DNA of 64,000 nucleotides from Candidatus Rokuibacteriota bacterium (GCA_023248995.1 JAHFDN010000013.1:194-64193), one strand, 5' to 3'. Shown: positions 1 to 10,139, numbered from the stretch's first letter. Numbers and translations are program-made. The notes: generated by a model not told the origin, from the sequence alone.

Positions 1-823
1 CTTCCAGGGCATCCGCACCGTCCAGGAGGTCCAGGTCACGGCGGCCATCGTGCTCGGCTACACGGTCCTCCACGGCCTGGCCTTCGTCGCTTTCGGCCTC
101 CTGTGCGCGATCCTGATCGCGGCCGCGGACCGCGAGCCCGCGCTCGCCTGGGCCTTCGTCCTCCTCTTCGCCTGTTTCGAGGTGTTCTTCCTGGGGCTCG
201 TCGCGATCTTCGCGCGGTCCGTCATGAGCGGCCTTGTCTGGTGGGCGATCCTGGCGGGCAACCTGCTGGCCTCGGCCGGGATGCTCGCCTACTTCTTCCT
301 CGGCCACCGGGCCCTGGGCGCGACACTCCTCGGCGCCTGGGGCCGCGTCCTCCGCGAGGGGATCATCGCCGGGCTGATCGGCGCGGCGCTCGTCGCGGCG
401 TGGTTCCTGGCCTACGACCTCTTCAAGGGGCACCCGCTCCGGACCCCGACGCTGCTCGGGGCGGCGGTCTTTCGCGGCGTCACGGACCCCGGGATACTCG
501 AGCGCGAGCTGGGCCTGGTCCTCGGCTACACGGTCCTCCACGGCCTGGCCTTCGCCCTCTTCGGGATCATCGCCGCCCTGCTCGTGGTGGCCGCCGAGCG
601 GCAGCCGATCCTCACGGTGGGCCTGTTCATGCTCTTCGCCGCGTTCGAGGTCCTCTTCTTCGGGCTCGTCACGGTCCTGGCCCAGTCGCTCCTGGGGGCG
701 CTCGTCTGGTGGAGCATCTTCGTGGGCAACCTGCTGGCCGCGGCGGGCATGCTCGTCTACTTCTTCCGCGGCCACCAGGCGCTCTCGCGCCGTCTCACCG
801 AAACCTGGCCCGCCGAGGACTAG
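1..823 (+). CDS. Multi-pass membrane protein made of tandem ~156-aa repeat units (5' partial; reading frame is open to base 2, gene continues upstream of window)
   Basis: ORF 50..823 has no upstream stop in frame. The unit LGYTVLHGLAF...FEVFFLGLV...LVWW.I..GNLLA.AGML.YFF.GH occurs at aa 2-90 and again at aa 158-250. The 34-nt stretches 53-86 and 521-554 are identical DNA (period 468 nt, in frame). The first window codons FQGIRTVQEVQV resemble the inter-repeat linker FRGVTDPGILEREL, so a third unit lies upstream. Confidence 0.6.
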   Translation, partial: FQGIRTVQEVQVTAAIVLGYTVLHGLAFVAFGLLCAILIAAADREPALAWAFVLLFACFEVFFLGLVAIFARSVMSGLVWWAILAGNLLASAGMLAYFFLGHRALGATLLGAWGRVLREGIIAGLIGAALVAAWFLAYDLFKGHPLRTPTLLGAAVFRGVTDPGILERELGLVLGYTVLHGLAFALFGIIAALLVVAAERQPILTVGLFMLFAAFEVLFFGLVTVLAQSLLGALVWWSIFVGNLLAAAGMLVYFFRGHQALSRRLTETWPAED

Positions 824-1008
824 CCCCGCGCTGAACCGGCGCCCGGCCGGCGGCCGAGGGGAATGCCCTGGCTGGCGAGCCGGCGGCGGAGGTGTCCCGC
901 AGAGCGAATCTGAGGAGCCGGGTACCCGCGCCGAAGGCGTGGGTGGGCCGGCGAAGCGCAGGGCGCTGGAGTGCTGGAGGCGCGAACCTTGGCCGTTCTC
1001 AGCGTTTC

Positions 1009-1017
1009 TGCTATAGT
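1009..1017 (+). promoter_or_regulatory. Extended -10 promoter element TGcTATAGT upstream of ugd (predicted TSS only a few nt before ATG 1027)
   Basis: TG-N-TATAGT at 1009-1017. TTGGCC at 989-994 with 17-nt spacing. Confidence 0.35.
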
Positions 1018-1026
1018 TTTTGAGCC

Positions 1027-2337
1027 ATGAATATCTGCGTTGTCGGCACCGGCTACGTGGGGCTCGTGACCGGAGCGGTGTTCGCCGATCTGGGCAACGA
1101 GGTCGTCTGCGTGGACAAGATCCGGGAGAAGATCGAGGGCCTCCGGCAGGGCCGCATGCCGATCTACGAGCCCGGGCTGGAAGAGATGGTGGCCCGGAAC
1201 GTCGCCGACGGCCGCCTCTCGTTCACCACCGACCTCGCCCAGGGCGTCAGGAAAGCCGAGATCATCGTCATCGCGGTCGGGACGCCGGCCAAGACGAACG
1301 GCGAGACCGACCTCTCGGCGGTGGAAGAGGTCGCGCGCGGGATCGCCCGCGCCATGGACCGCTACAAGGTCGTCGTCAACAAGTCCACGGTCCCGGTCGG
1401 GACCGGCGATCTCGTGCGCGAGATCATCCTCAAGAACCAGCCGAAGCCGGTCGAGTTCGACGTGGTCTCGAACCCCGAGTTCCTGCGCGAGGGCTCGGCC
1501 ATCGAGGACACGCTGCGCCCGGATCGGATCGTGATCGGGGCGCCGACCCAGCAGGTGGCGATGACGCTCCTCGAGCTCTACGCGCCGCTCGAGCGCCCGA
1601 TGATCATCACGGACGTCCCGTCGGCCGAGATGATCAAGTACGCCTCCAACGCCTTCCTCGCGGCGAAGATCTCTTTCATCAACGCCATTGCCAACGTCTG
1701 CGAGCTGGCGGGGGCCGACGTGACCCAGGTGATGAAGGGCCTCGGGCTCGACCCCAGGATCGGCCCCGCGTTCCTCCAGGCCGGGCTCGGATTCGGCGGC
1801 GCCTGCCTCCCCAAGGACGTCGACTCCCTCATCCAGACGGCCGCGACGCTCGGCTACGACTTCAGGCTGCTCAAGAGCGTGGCGGAGATCAACCACGAGC
1901 GCGCCCAGCACCTGCTGGACGGGATGCGGAAGGCGCTGGGCCCGCTGGACGACAAGATGATCGCGGTCCTCGGCCTGGCCTTCAAGCCCAACACCGACGA
2001 CATGCGCGAGGCCAAGAGCGTGGAGGTGGTCACGCTGCTCCACGACAGCGGGGCGCGGATCAAGGCCTACGACCCCGTCGCGACCGACAAAGCGCGCCCG
2101 CTCCTGCCGCCCAGCGTCACCTACTGCGCCTCCGCCTACGAGGCCGCCGAGAAGGCCGACGCGCTCGTGCTCGTCACCGAGTGGAACGAGTTCAAGTTCC
2201 TGAACCTGGAGCGCCTGCGCGCGGTCATGCGCCGCCCCGTGATCTTCGACAGCCGGAACCTCTACGAGCCCGAGCGGATGCGGCGGCTCGGCTTCGAGTA
2301 CCACTCGATCGGGCGCAAGCCGGTCCTCCCCGCATAG
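1027..2337 (+). CDS. ugd: UDP-glucose 6-dehydrogenase
   Basis: N-terminal Rossmann motif VVGTGYVGLVTGAVFADLGNEV. Catalytic region GFGGACLPKD. Length is the full ~436 aa. Confidence 0.9.
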   Translation: MNICVVGTGYVGLVTGAVFADLGNEVVCVDKIREKIEGLRQGRMPIYEPGLEEMVARNVADGRLSFTTDLAQGVRKAEIIVIAVGTPAKTNGETDLSAVEEVARGIARAMDRYKVVVNKSTVPVGTGDLVREIILKNQPKPVEFDVVSNPEFLREGSAIEDTLRPDRIVIGAPTQQVAMTLLELYAPLERPMIITDVPSAEMIKYASNAFLAAKISFINAIANVCELAGADVTQVMKGLGLDPRIGPAFLQAGLGFGGACLPKDVDSLIQTAATLGYDFRLLKSVAEINHERAQHLLDGMRKALGPLDDKMIAVLGLAFKPNTDDMREAKSVEVVTLLHDSGARIKAYDPVATDKARPLLPPSVTYCASAYEAAEKADALVLVTEWNEFKFLNLERLRAVMRRPVIFDSRNLYEPERMRRLGFEYHSIGRKPVLPA

Positions 2338-2340
2338 GCT

Positions 2341-3276
2341 ATGCGCGCGCTGGTCACGGGCGGCGCCGGCTTCATCGGCTCCCACCTCTGCGAGTTCCTC
2401 CTCGCTCGGGGAGGGGAGGTCGTCTGCATGGACAACCTCCTCACCGGGAGCGTGGAGAACATCGCCCACCTCACGGATCCCCGCTTCACCTTCGTCAAGC
2501 ACGACGTCACCAACTACATCTACGTGGCCGGGCCCCTGGACTACGTGCTGCACTTCGCGAGCCCGGCCTCGCCCGTGGACTACGCCCAGCTCCCGATCCA
2601 GACCCTGAAGGTGGGCGCGCTCGGCACCCACAAGGCGCTCGGCCTGGCCAAGGAAAAGCGCGCGAAATTTCTCCTCGCCTCCACCTCCGAGGTGTACGGC
2701 GATCCGCTCGTCCACCCCCAACGGGAGGAATACTGGGGGAACGTGAACCCGGTCGGGCCGCGCGGCGTGTACGACGAGGCCAAGCGCTTCGCCGAAGCCA
2801 TGACGATGGCCTACCATCGCTTCCATGGCCTCGATACGCGCATCGCCCGCATCTTCAACACCTACGGGCCGCGGATGAGGATCGGCGACGGCCGTGCGAT
2901 CCCCACCCTCGTCACCCAGGCGCTCCGGGGGGAGCGCCTGACGGTCCACGGCGACGGCTCCCAGACGCGGAGCTTCTGCTACATCTCCGACCTGGTGGAT
3001 GGCATCTGGCGCCTCATGCAGGCGCCCGTGAGCGAGCCGGTCAACCTCGGTAACCCCAAGGAGATGACGGTCCTGGAGCTCGCCGAGAAGATCGTCGCGC
3101 TCGCCGGCTCGCGAAGCACGGTGACCTTCACCGCGCTCCCCGTTGACGACCCCAAGGTGCGCCAGCCCGACGTGACGCGGGCCCGCACGCTCCTAGGCTG
3201 GGAGCCCCGCGTGGGCCTGGACGAGGGGCTCGCCCGGACGCTGGACTGGTTCCGCGCCAAGCTCGGGGCCCCATGA
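2341..3276 (+). CDS. UDP-glucuronate decarboxylase (UDP-xylose synthase), SDR family
   Basis: [11 protein letters not shown] motif. [11 protein letters not shown]...YDEAKR catalytic YxxxK region typical of UXS/ArnA-type decarboxylases. Sits directly after ugd. Confidence 0.8.
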   Translation: MRALVTGGAGFIGSHLCEFLLARGGEVVCMDNLLTGSVENIAHLTDPRFTFVKHDVTNYIYVAGPLDYVLHFASPASPVDYAQLPIQTLKVGALGTHKALGLAKEKRAKFLLASTSEVYGDPLVHPQREEYWGNVNPVGPRGVYDEAKRFAEAMTMAYHRFHGLDTRIARIFNTYGPRMRIGDGRAIPTLVTQALRGERLTVHGDGSQTRSFCYISDLVDGIWRLMQAPVSEPVNLGNPKEMTVLELAEKIVALAGSRSTVTFTALPVDDPKVRQPDVTRARTLLGWEPRVGLDEGLARTLDWFRAKLGAP

Positions 3277-4202
3277 AGGTCTTGGTCACCGGGGGAGCGG
3301 GCTTCATCGGCTCCCACGTCGTGGACCGCCTGCTGGCCTCCGGGCACGAGGTGCTCGTCGTGGACAACCTCTCCACGGGCCGGCGCGACTTCGTCAACCC
3401 CGGGGCGAAGCTCCACGTCGCCGACATCCGGAGCACGAAGCTCGGTGAGATCGTCGAGGCCGAGCGTCCGGAGGCGGCGATCCACATGGCCGCCCAGGCC
3501 GAAGTGCGTCGCTCCGTGGAGGACCCGGCACTCGACGCCGAGGTGAACATCCAGGGCACGCTGAACCTCCTGCTCTGCTGCCGCCGCGCCGGCGTCTCCC
3601 GCGTCGTGTACGTCTCCTCCGGCGGGGCGGTGTACGGCGACACCGACCGGCTGCCGACCCCCGAAGAGCACCCGGCCCGGCCGGCCTCCCCCTACGGGAT
3701 CGGGAAGCTCATCGCCGAGCACTACCTGGCGTGCTGGGGCCCGCTCTACGGCGTGGGAGGGATCGCCCTCAGGTACGCCAACGTTTACGGCCCCCGGCAG
3801 AATCCGCTGGGAGAAGCCGGCGTGGTTGCGATCTTCTGCCACCGGATCCTGAGGCGGGAGCCTCTCACCATCAACGGCGACGGAGAGCAGACGCGGGATT
3901 ACGTGTATGTAGAGGATGTCGCCCAAGCCACCGTGCTCGCTCTGGAGCGCGCCGACGCGCGGGGGGCGGTCAACGTCGGCACGGGCATCGAGATCTCGGT
4001 GAACGCGCTCCTCGCACGGCTCGAGGCAGTGGCCGGGATGCGCGCCGCGGCGCGCCACGGACCCCCGAAGGCCGGCGAGCAGCGGCGGAGCGCCTTGGAC
4101 CCGAGCGCCGCGAAGCGATGCCTCGGCTGGACCCCGCGCGTGACACTCGACAAGGGCCTGGGCAAAACGCTCGACTACTTCAAACAGGAGACTCAACGAT
4201 GA
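3273..4202 (+). CDS. NAD-dependent nucleotide-sugar epimerase/dehydratase (GalE-like)
   Basis: [25 protein letters not shown] and YGIGK (YxxxK) motifs. ATGA overlap with the upstream gene. Confidence 0.8.
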   Translation: MKVLVTGGAGFIGSHVVDRLLASGHEVLVVDNLSTGRRDFVNPGAKLHVADIRSTKLGEIVEAERPEAAIHMAAQAEVRRSVEDPALDAEVNIQGTLNLLLCCRRAGVSRVVYVSSGGAVYGDTDRLPTPEEHPARPASPYGIGKLIAEHYLACWGPLYGVGGIALRYANVYGPRQNPLGEAGVVAIFCHRILRREPLTINGDGEQTRDYVYVEDVAQATVLALERADARGAVNVGTGIEISVNALLARLEAVAGMRAAARHGPPKAGEQRRSALDPSAAKRCLGWTPRVTLDKGLGKTLDYFKQETQR

Positions 4203-4375
4203 TCGACGAGGAACTCAAGGCAATCCTGGCCTGCCCGGCCTGCAAGGGCGACCTGCTCTTCGAGGAAACCCGGATCATCTGCCCCGCCTGTCGGAAAGCC
4301 TATCCGATCCGCGACGGCATCCCGGTCATGCTGATCAGCGAGGCTGAGCCCTGGACGCCACGGGAGCCGCGGTAA
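4199..4375 (+). CDS. Trm112/YcaR family small protein (UPF0434)
   Basis: 58 aa with CPAC...CPAC zinc-ribbon-like pairs and the RDGIPVML motif, matching E. coli YcaR. ATGA overlap with upstream gene. Stop TAA at 4373-4375. Confidence 0.8.
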   Translation: MIDEELKAILACPACKGDLLFEETRIICPACRKAYPIRDGIPVMLISEAEPWTPREPR

Positions 4376-5406
4376 TCCTGGCCGGGGGGCAGGGGACGCG
4401 GCTCCGGCCGCTGACGCTGGCCCGCCCCAAGCCCATCGTCCCCCTCCTCAACGTTCCGTTCCTCCGCTACCAGCTCGCCTTGCTCCGCCGGCACGGGATC
4501 AGCGACGTCGTGCTCGCCTGCTCGTATCTGGTGGAGACCATCCAGGCGCTGCTCGGGGACGGGCGGGAGGCGGGCGTCAGGCTCCGCTACGTGATCGAGA
4601 CGGAGCCGCTCGGCACCGCCGGGGGAGTCCGGAACGCTGCCGACCTGACCACGGGGCGTCTCGTCGTCCTGAACGGCGACATCCTGACCGACGTGGACCT
4701 CTCCGAGATGCTGAAGTGCCACGAAGCGCGGGGGGCCCGGGCCACCATCTATCTGACCCCCGTCGACAATCCGACCGCCTACGGACTCGTGGAGACGGAC
4801 GCCGACGGTCGGGTCCGGCGCTTCGTCGAGAAGCCGACGTCCGCCCAGGTCACCGCCAGCACGGTCAACGCGGGCATCTATCTCCTCGAGCGCGAGCTCC
4901 TCGAGCTGATCCCGGCGGGCCGGGCCGTCTCCATAGAGCGCGAGGTCTTCCCGGACCTCGTGGCCCGGCGCATCCCCTTTTTCGGCTTCGTGAGCCGGGC
5001 CTACTGGCTCGACATCGGGAGCCCGGAGAAATACCGCCAGGCGCAGATGGATCTCTTGAGGGGTGCTGTGGACACCCCCATCCGCCCCCCAGGAACCAAG
5101 AGTGGCGACGTGTGGATGGGGGAGGCGGTCTCGATCGCGGAGGACGCCGTCGTGGCGGGGCCCGCCGTCCTCGGCTCCGGTGTGAGGCTCGCGGCCAAGG
5201 CCAGCGTCGGCCCCTGGAGCGTGCTGGGCAACGGCGTCAGCGTGGGCCGGGGCGGCCGCGTGGAAGGCGCGGTGCTCTGGGACGACGTCTCGGTCGGCGA
5301 GGCCGCCGTCGTCCGCGATTCCGTCGTCGGGTCCCGGGGCCGCATTGGGGCCCGGGCCCGCGTCGGCCCCGGCGCGGTCGTCGCGGAAAACGAATTCGTC
5401 CCGTGA
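4375..5406 (+). CDS. Sugar-1-phosphate nucleotidyltransferase with C-terminal left-handed beta-helix (hexapeptide) domain. The start codon is non-canonical or unresolved.
   Basis: The signature [14 protein letters not shown] is encoded at 4375-4416. That is upstream of the first canonical start (TTG 4480) and downstream of the in-frame stop at 4345-4347. The C-terminus carries hexapeptide repeats ([13 protein letters not shown]..., [12 protein letters not shown]...). Confidence 0.75.
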   Translation: MLAGGQGTRLRPLTLARPKPIVPLLNVPFLRYQLALLRRHGISDVVLACSYLVETIQALLGDGREAGVRLRYVIETEPLGTAGGVRNAADLTTGRLVVLNGDILTDVDLSEMLKCHEARGARATIYLTPVDNPTAYGLVETDADGRVRRFVEKPTSAQVTASTVNAGIYLLERELLELIPAGRAVSIEREVFPDLVARRIPFFGFVSRAYWLDIGSPEKYRQAQMDLLRGAVDTPIRPPGTKSGDVWMGEAVSIAEDAVVAGPAVLGSGVRLAAKASVGPWSVLGNGVSVGRGGRVEGAVLWDDVSVGEAAVVRDSVVGSRGRIGARARVGPGAVVAENEFVP

Positions 5407-5419
5407 TATCCTGAAGGTC

Positions 5420-7210
5420 GTGACGCTGTCCCGCATCCGAAACTTCTCCATCGTGGCCCACATCGACCACGGCAAGTCCACGCTGGCGGATCGCCTGCTG
5501 GCCTTGACAGGCGCCATGGATCCCAAGAAAGCGGTGGACCAGGTGCTGGACTCCATGGACCTGGAGCGGGAGCGGGGGATCACGATCAAGCAGCACACCG
5601 TGCGCCTGCCCTACCTGAGGCAGGACGGCCAGGAGTACACGCTGAACCTGATCGATACCCCCGGTCACGTGGACTTCTCGTACGAAGTGTCCCGATCGCT
5701 GGCGGCCTGCGAGGGGGCGCTCCTGATCGTGGACGCCGCGCAGGGGGTCGAGGCCCAGACGCTGGCCAACTTCTACCTGGCCCTCGAGGCCAACCTGACG
5801 ATCATCCCCATCATCAACAAGATCGATCTCCCGCAGGCCGACGTGGAGGGAACCCGGCGGCAGATCGCGGAGATCCTGGGGCTCAATCCCGAGGACGCGA
5901 TCCCCATCTCGGCCAAGTTCGGAACCGGCGTCCCGGAGGTGCTCGAGGCGATCGTGCACCGGATCCCACCGCCTCCCGGGGACCCGGCGGCCCCGCTCAA
6001 GGCCCTCGTGTTCGATTCGTTCTACGACCCTTACCAGGGCGTGGTGGTTTACGTGCGCATCTTCGACGGCCGCGCGCGCGCCGGCATGCCGGCCCTCCTC
6101 ATGTCCAACGGGCGCGTGTACGAAGTCCAGCAGGTGGGTGTGTTCACCCCCGAGATGAAGCCGGTGGAAGAGCTGGCGGCGGGTCAGGTCGGCTACCTCA
6201 CCGCGGGGATCAAGCGCGTGGCGGACGCCAAGGTGGGCGAGACGATCACCGACGCCCACCGCCCCACGGCGGCGTCGTTTCCCGGCTACCGCGACGCCAA
6301 GCCGATGGTCTTCGCCGGGCTCTATCCGGTGGAGGACACGGCCTACCAATCGCTCCGGGACGCGCTCGACAAGCTCAGGCTGAACGACTCGGCCCTGACC
6401 TTCGAGCCTGAGACCTCCCTCGCCCTGGGCTTCGGCTTCAGGTCTGGTTTCCTCGGGCTCCTGCACATGGAGATCGTCCAGGAGCGCCTCGAGCGCGAAT
6501 TCGGCCTGACGCTCATCGTCACCTCCCCGAGCGTCCGGTACCGGGTGGTCACGACCGGCGGGGAAACCCTCGAGATCGACAACCCCTCCAAGCTCCCGCC
6601 GGCCGGCGCCATCGCCCACCTCGAGGAGCCGTACGTGCGGGCGGCCGTCTTCGCCCCGACCGAGTTCATGAACCCGATCTACCGGCTGGCGCAGGACAAG
6701 CGCGGCGAGCACCGGGCCCTGGAGTACCTGGGCAAGCGGGTCCACATCACCTTCGACTTCCCGCTGGCCGAGATCATCGTGGACTTCTACGACCGGCTGA
6801 AGTCCATCTCGAAGGGGTACGCGTCCCTCGACTACGACTTCCTCGAGTTCCGCCCCTCGGAGCTGGTCAAGCTGGACATCCTCCTGAACGGCGATCCCGT
6901 GGATGCGCTTTCGGTCATCGTGCACGGGGACAAGGCGTACGACAAGGGCCGGGCGCTCGCGGAGAAGCTCCGGGCGGTGATTCCGCGCCAGCTCTTCGAG
7001 GTGGCGATCCAGGCGGCGATCGGCAGCCGTGTGATCGCCCGCGAGACGGTCAAGGCCATCAGGAAGAACGTCACCGCCAAGTGCTACGGCGGCGACATCA
7101 CGCGGAAGCGGAAGCTGCTCGAGAAACAGAAAGAAGGCAAGAAGCGGATGAAGCAAGTCGGCAAGGTCGAGGTGCCCCAGGAGGCCTTCCTCTCGGTGCT
7201 GAAGAGCTGA
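5420..7210 (+). CDS. lepA: Elongation factor 4 (LepA)
   Basis: [23 protein letters not shown]-domain and the LepA-specific C-terminal domain. Start placed at GTG 5420 because the ORF-track start 5345 adds a non-conserved Arg/Ser-rich extension. The start is uncertain by a few codons. Confidence 0.88.
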   Translation: MTLSRIRNFSIVAHIDHGKSTLADRLLALTGAMDPKKAVDQVLDSMDLERERGITIKQHTVRLPYLRQDGQEYTLNLIDTPGHVDFSYEVSRSLAACEGALLIVDAAQGVEAQTLANFYLALEANLTIIPIINKIDLPQADVEGTRRQIAEILGLNPEDAIPISAKFGTGVPEVLEAIVHRIPPPPGDPAAPLKALVFDSFYDPYQGVVVYVRIFDGRARAGMPALLMSNGRVYEVQQVGVFTPEMKPVEELAAGQVGYLTAGIKRVADAKVGETITDAHRPTAASFPGYRDAKPMVFAGLYPVEDTAYQSLRDALDKLRLNDSALTFEPETSLALGFGFRSGFLGLLHMEIVQERLEREFGLTLIVTSPSVRYRVVTTGGETLEIDNPSKLPPAGAIAHLEEPYVRAAVFAPTEFMNPIYRLAQDKRGEHRALEYLGKRVHITFDFPLAEIIVDFYDRLKSISKGYASLDYDFLEFRPSELVKLDILLNGDPVDALSVIVHGDKAYDKGRALAEKLRAVIPRQLFEVAIQAAIGSRVIARETVKAIRKNVTAKCYGGDITRKRKLLEKQKEGKKRMKQVGKVEVPQEAFLSVLKS

Positions 7211-7214
7211 CGTC

Positions 7215-7895
7215 GTGGATCCCAACGCTCCCAAGGAAACCCCCGTGACCGACGAGGTCGCTCCGTCCGTCGAGGCGGCGCAGAAGCGGCGCAAGTCCCT
7301 CACCCGCGAGTACCTCGAGGCCATCGTCTACGCCGTCCTGCTGGCGCTGGTGATCCGGACCGTCGTGATCCAGGCGTTCACGATCCCCTCGGGCTCCATG
7401 ATGGACACCCTCCTGGTGGGAGACTACATCCTGGTGAACAAGTTCATCTACGGCGCCGAGATCCCGTTCTCAGAGCGGCACCTGCCCGGGATCCGCCAGC
7501 CCTGGCGGGGGGACATCATCGTGTTCAAGTACCCGAACGACGAAAGCCGGGACTTCATCAAGCGGATCATCGGGGTCCCCGGGGACACGGTGCAGGTGCG
7601 CGACAACCGGGTCTATCGGAACGGCCAACTGCTCGACGAGCCGTACGTGCGGTCCGGCTCGTTTCGGGACACCCTGTCCAACCACTGCGGCTATTCCTAT
7701 GCCTGCGAGCCCCTCGTCGTCCCTCCCGGCTCCTACTTCGTCATGGGCGACAACCGCGACAACTCCCAGGACAGCCGGTACTGGGGGTTCGTCAAGCGCG
7801 GAAAGGTCCGGGGCAAGGCCTTCATGATCTACTGGTCGTGGAACGGGGACAGCCACTGGCTCCGCTGGAACCGCCTGGGCCGGTACCTGCCGTGA
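7215..7895 (+). CDS. lepB: Signal peptidase I
   Basis: Catalytic Ser box (IPSGSM) and KRIIGVPGD, GDNRDNSQDSRYWGFV boxes. The lepA-lepB order is conserved. Confidence 0.9.
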   Translation: MDPNAPKETPVTDEVAPSVEAAQKRRKSLTREYLEAIVYAVLLALVIRTVVIQAFTIPSGSMMDTLLVGDYILVNKFIYGAEIPFSERHLPGIRQPWRGDIIVFKYPNDESRDFIKRIIGVPGDTVQVRDNRVYRNGQLLDEPYVRSGSFRDTLSNHCGYSYACEPLVVPPGSYFVMGDNRDNSQDSRYWGFVKRGKVRGKAFMIYWSWNGDSHWLRWNRLGRYLP

Positions 7896-9043
7896 TCGGG
7901 CTCGCGGATCTCAGGCCAAGTCAATCGGGCCCGGCGCTGGGTCTCTACCTCCACATCCCCTTCTGCCGGCAGCGCTGCCACTACTGCTCCTTCAACACCG
8001 GCCCGTACCGGCCGGCCGCCATGGAGCGCTTCCTCACGGCCCTCTGCCGCGAGATTGACCTGGTCGGCGACGCCGACTGGGCCGGACGGGCCAGCATCGG
8101 AACGGTCTTCTTCGGTGGCGGAACGCCGTCGCTCCTCGAGGCCGACGAGATGGAGAGGCTCCTCGAGCGGCTCCGCAAGCGCTTTTCGCTGGCGCCGGCC
8201 ACGGAGGTCACGGTCGAGTGCAACCCCGAGAGCCTGACGCGCGAAAAGGCGGAAGGGTATCGGCTGGCAGGCGTCAACCGGCTGAGCCTCGGCGTCCAGA
8301 GCCTCGACGCCGGCCTCCTCGTGAAGCTCGGGAGGCTGCACTCGCCGGAGGAGGCACGGCACGCCTTCGAGACCGCCCGCCACGCCGGCTTCGACAACCT
8401 GAGCGTGGACCTGATGTATGGCCTTCCCGGGCTCGACCTCGCCCGCTGGGAGGAGACGGTGCGGGAGATCCTCGCCTGGAGGCCCGAACACCTCTCCGCG
8501 TACGCTCTCACCCTCGACGCGGGCAGTCGCTGGGCACGCTCGGGCGTGGCCGGGCTCCCCGACGAGGACACGGTGACCGCTGAGTACTGGGCGCTCGCGC
8601 GCCGCGCGGCGGCGGCAGGCTACGAGCACTACGAGATCTCCAACTACGCGCGGCCCGGCTTCCGCTCCCGCCACAACCAGGTCTACTGGCGCGGGGAAGA
8701 GTACGTCGGCCTCGGACCGGGAGCCTCGGGCTTCCTCGGCGACATCCGCTACGGGAACGTCGAGCCGGTGGAGCGGTACTGCGCGCTGCTGGAGGCCGGA
8801 ACCCGCCCCCTGGGCACCTACGAGACGCTCACCACCGCCCAGCGGCAGGCGGAGCGCGGGATCCTGGGGCTCCGCTTGAGCGACGGCGTCCCGCCCGACT
8901 GGCTCGCGGGCGTCGGCCCCCTGGTCGAGGCGTGGAAGTCTCTCGGGTTGCTTGAGGTCGCCGGCGGGCGCTGCCGCTTGACCGAGGCGGGATTCTGGCT
9001 CTCCGACTCCCTCTTCGTGGAGCTCCTGCCGCCCGCGCCTTGA
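7892..9043 (+). CDS. hemW: Radical SAM heme chaperone HemW (HemN-like, oxygen-independent coproporphyrinogen oxidase family)
   Basis: CRQRCHYCSF CxxxCxxC radical SAM motif and the HemW-type C-terminal domain. Start taken as GTG 7892 (GTGA overlap with lepB stop). Alternative start 7838 overlaps lepB by 58 nt. Confidence 0.82.
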   Translation: MIGLADLRPSQSGPALGLYLHIPFCRQRCHYCSFNTGPYRPAAMERFLTALCREIDLVGDADWAGRASIGTVFFGGGTPSLLEADEMERLLERLRKRFSLAPATEVTVECNPESLTREKAEGYRLAGVNRLSLGVQSLDAGLLVKLGRLHSPEEARHAFETARHAGFDNLSVDLMYGLPGLDLARWEETVREILAWRPEHLSAYALTLDAGSRWARSGVAGLPDEDTVTAEYWALARRAAAAGYEHYEISNYARPGFRSRHNQVYWRGEEYVGLGPGASGFLGDIRYGNVEPVERYCALLEAGTRPLGTYETLTTAQRQAERGILGLRLSDGVPPDWLAGVGPLVEAWKSLGLLEVAGGRCRLTEAGFWLSDSLFVELLPPAP

Positions 9044-9068
9044 CAAGGCCGCCGCGCTCAGGAGAGTA

Positions 9069-10139
9069 ATGGAGGCGGGAGCACGACGGATGGCCGAATC
9101 GATCCTGGACGAGCGCTGCCGGCAGATTCTCACCGCCGTCATCGCCGAGTACCTCGAAACGGCGGAGCCGGTCGGTTCGCGGGCCGTGTCCCGCCGGCAC
9201 GGCCTCGGCCTCTCTCCGGCCACGATCCGGAACGCCATGGCGGATCTGGAAGAGATGGGCTACCTCCATCAGCCCCACACCTCCGCCGGGCGCGTCCCTA
9301 CCGACAAGGCCTTCCGCCTCTACGTGGACTCGGGTCTCGGGGACCTAGAGCTCCCGGAGAGCGAGGCGCGCCAGCTCCGCCAGCACTACACCCGACCCCA
9401 GGGCGGGGTCGAGCAACTGATGGAGCAGACCTCGTTCCACCTCTCGGCGCTTTCGCGCATGACCGGGGTGCTGCTCGCTCCTCCGCTCAGGCAGACGACG
9501 CTGACACGTATCAACCTGATCCTCCTCTCCGACGACCGGGTCCTTTCGGTGGTGGTCACCGACTCGGGCTGGGTCATCACCCGCACCCTGAGCCTGGAAG
9601 CGCCGGTGACGGCCGAGGATCTCCGGGAGGTGGCGCGTCAGCTCACGCGGCGCTTCGGGGGCAAGACCTTCCACCAGATCCTGGAGGAGGTCTCCCGCGC
9701 GCCGGATCCCCTGGACCCGCTCCGGACCCGAGCCGCCGCCCTCGTGGACCAGATCTCCTCGCTCTTCCGCGACCGGCGCCTCTACGTCGGCGGCGCCATG
9801 AACATCCTCGCGCACCGGGAGTTCTGGGACCTCGAGACGATGCGGGCGCTGCTCCGCGCTTTCGAGGAAAAGGTCCGGCTCATCGAGCTCTTGTCCACGC
9901 TGGCCGGCGGCCGGGGGGTCCAGGTGATGATCGGCCGGGAGAATCCGGTCGAGGAGATGCAGGCGTGCAGCCTCGTCGCCGCCCCGTACACCTACCGCGA
10001 CCGGGTGCTCGGTATCCTGGGGGTGGTGGGGCCGAAGAGCATGCCGTACTCGAGGATGATTCCGCTCGTGAACGAAACCGCCCGGCTCGTCAGCCAGTCG
10101 CTGTCCCGGGTGAGACAGGAGCTGTACCTGCCGTCTTGA
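9069..10139 (+). CDS. hrcA: Heat-inducible transcription repressor HrcA
   Basis: N-terminal winged-helix region ILTAVIAEYLETAEPVGSRAVS...LSPATIRNAMADLEEMGYL. AGGAG SD lies 8 nt upstream of ATG 9069. Confidence 0.9.
   Translation: MEAGARRMAESILDERCRQILTAVIAEYLETAEPVGSRAVSRRHGLGLSPATIRNAMADLEEMGYLHQPHTSAGRVPTDKAFRLYVDSGLGDLELPESEARQLRQHYTRPQGGVEQLMEQTSFHLSALSRMTGVLLAPPLRQTTLTRINLILLSDDRVLSVVVTDSGWVITRTLSLEAPVTAEDLREVARQLTRRFGGKTFHQILEEVSRAPDPLDPLRTRAAALVDQISSLFRDRRLYVGGAMNILAHREFWDLETMRALLRAFEEKVRLIELLSTLAGGRGVQVMIGRENPVEEMQACSLVAAPYTYRDRVLGILGVVGPKSMPYSRMIPLVNETARLVSQSLSRVRQELYLPS

Noticed and set aside
5345-5419. ORF-track start of lepA at 5345
   Set aside because: It adds a Ser/Arg-rich 25-aa extension absent from LepA proteins. 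GTG 5420 gives the conserved M-x-x-x-x-IRNFSI N-terminus.
820-7324. Long minus-strand ORFs (820..2949, 2979..4196, 4300..5598, 5237..7324) and similar antisense ORFs elsewhere (10754..12811, 16677..19193, 24274..27120, 39966..42038, 57941..59422, 62943..63830)
   Set aside because: They lie antisense to genes with unambiguous homology. They are Arg/Gly/Pro-rich with no recognisable motifs, typical shadow ORFs of 70 % GC DNA.
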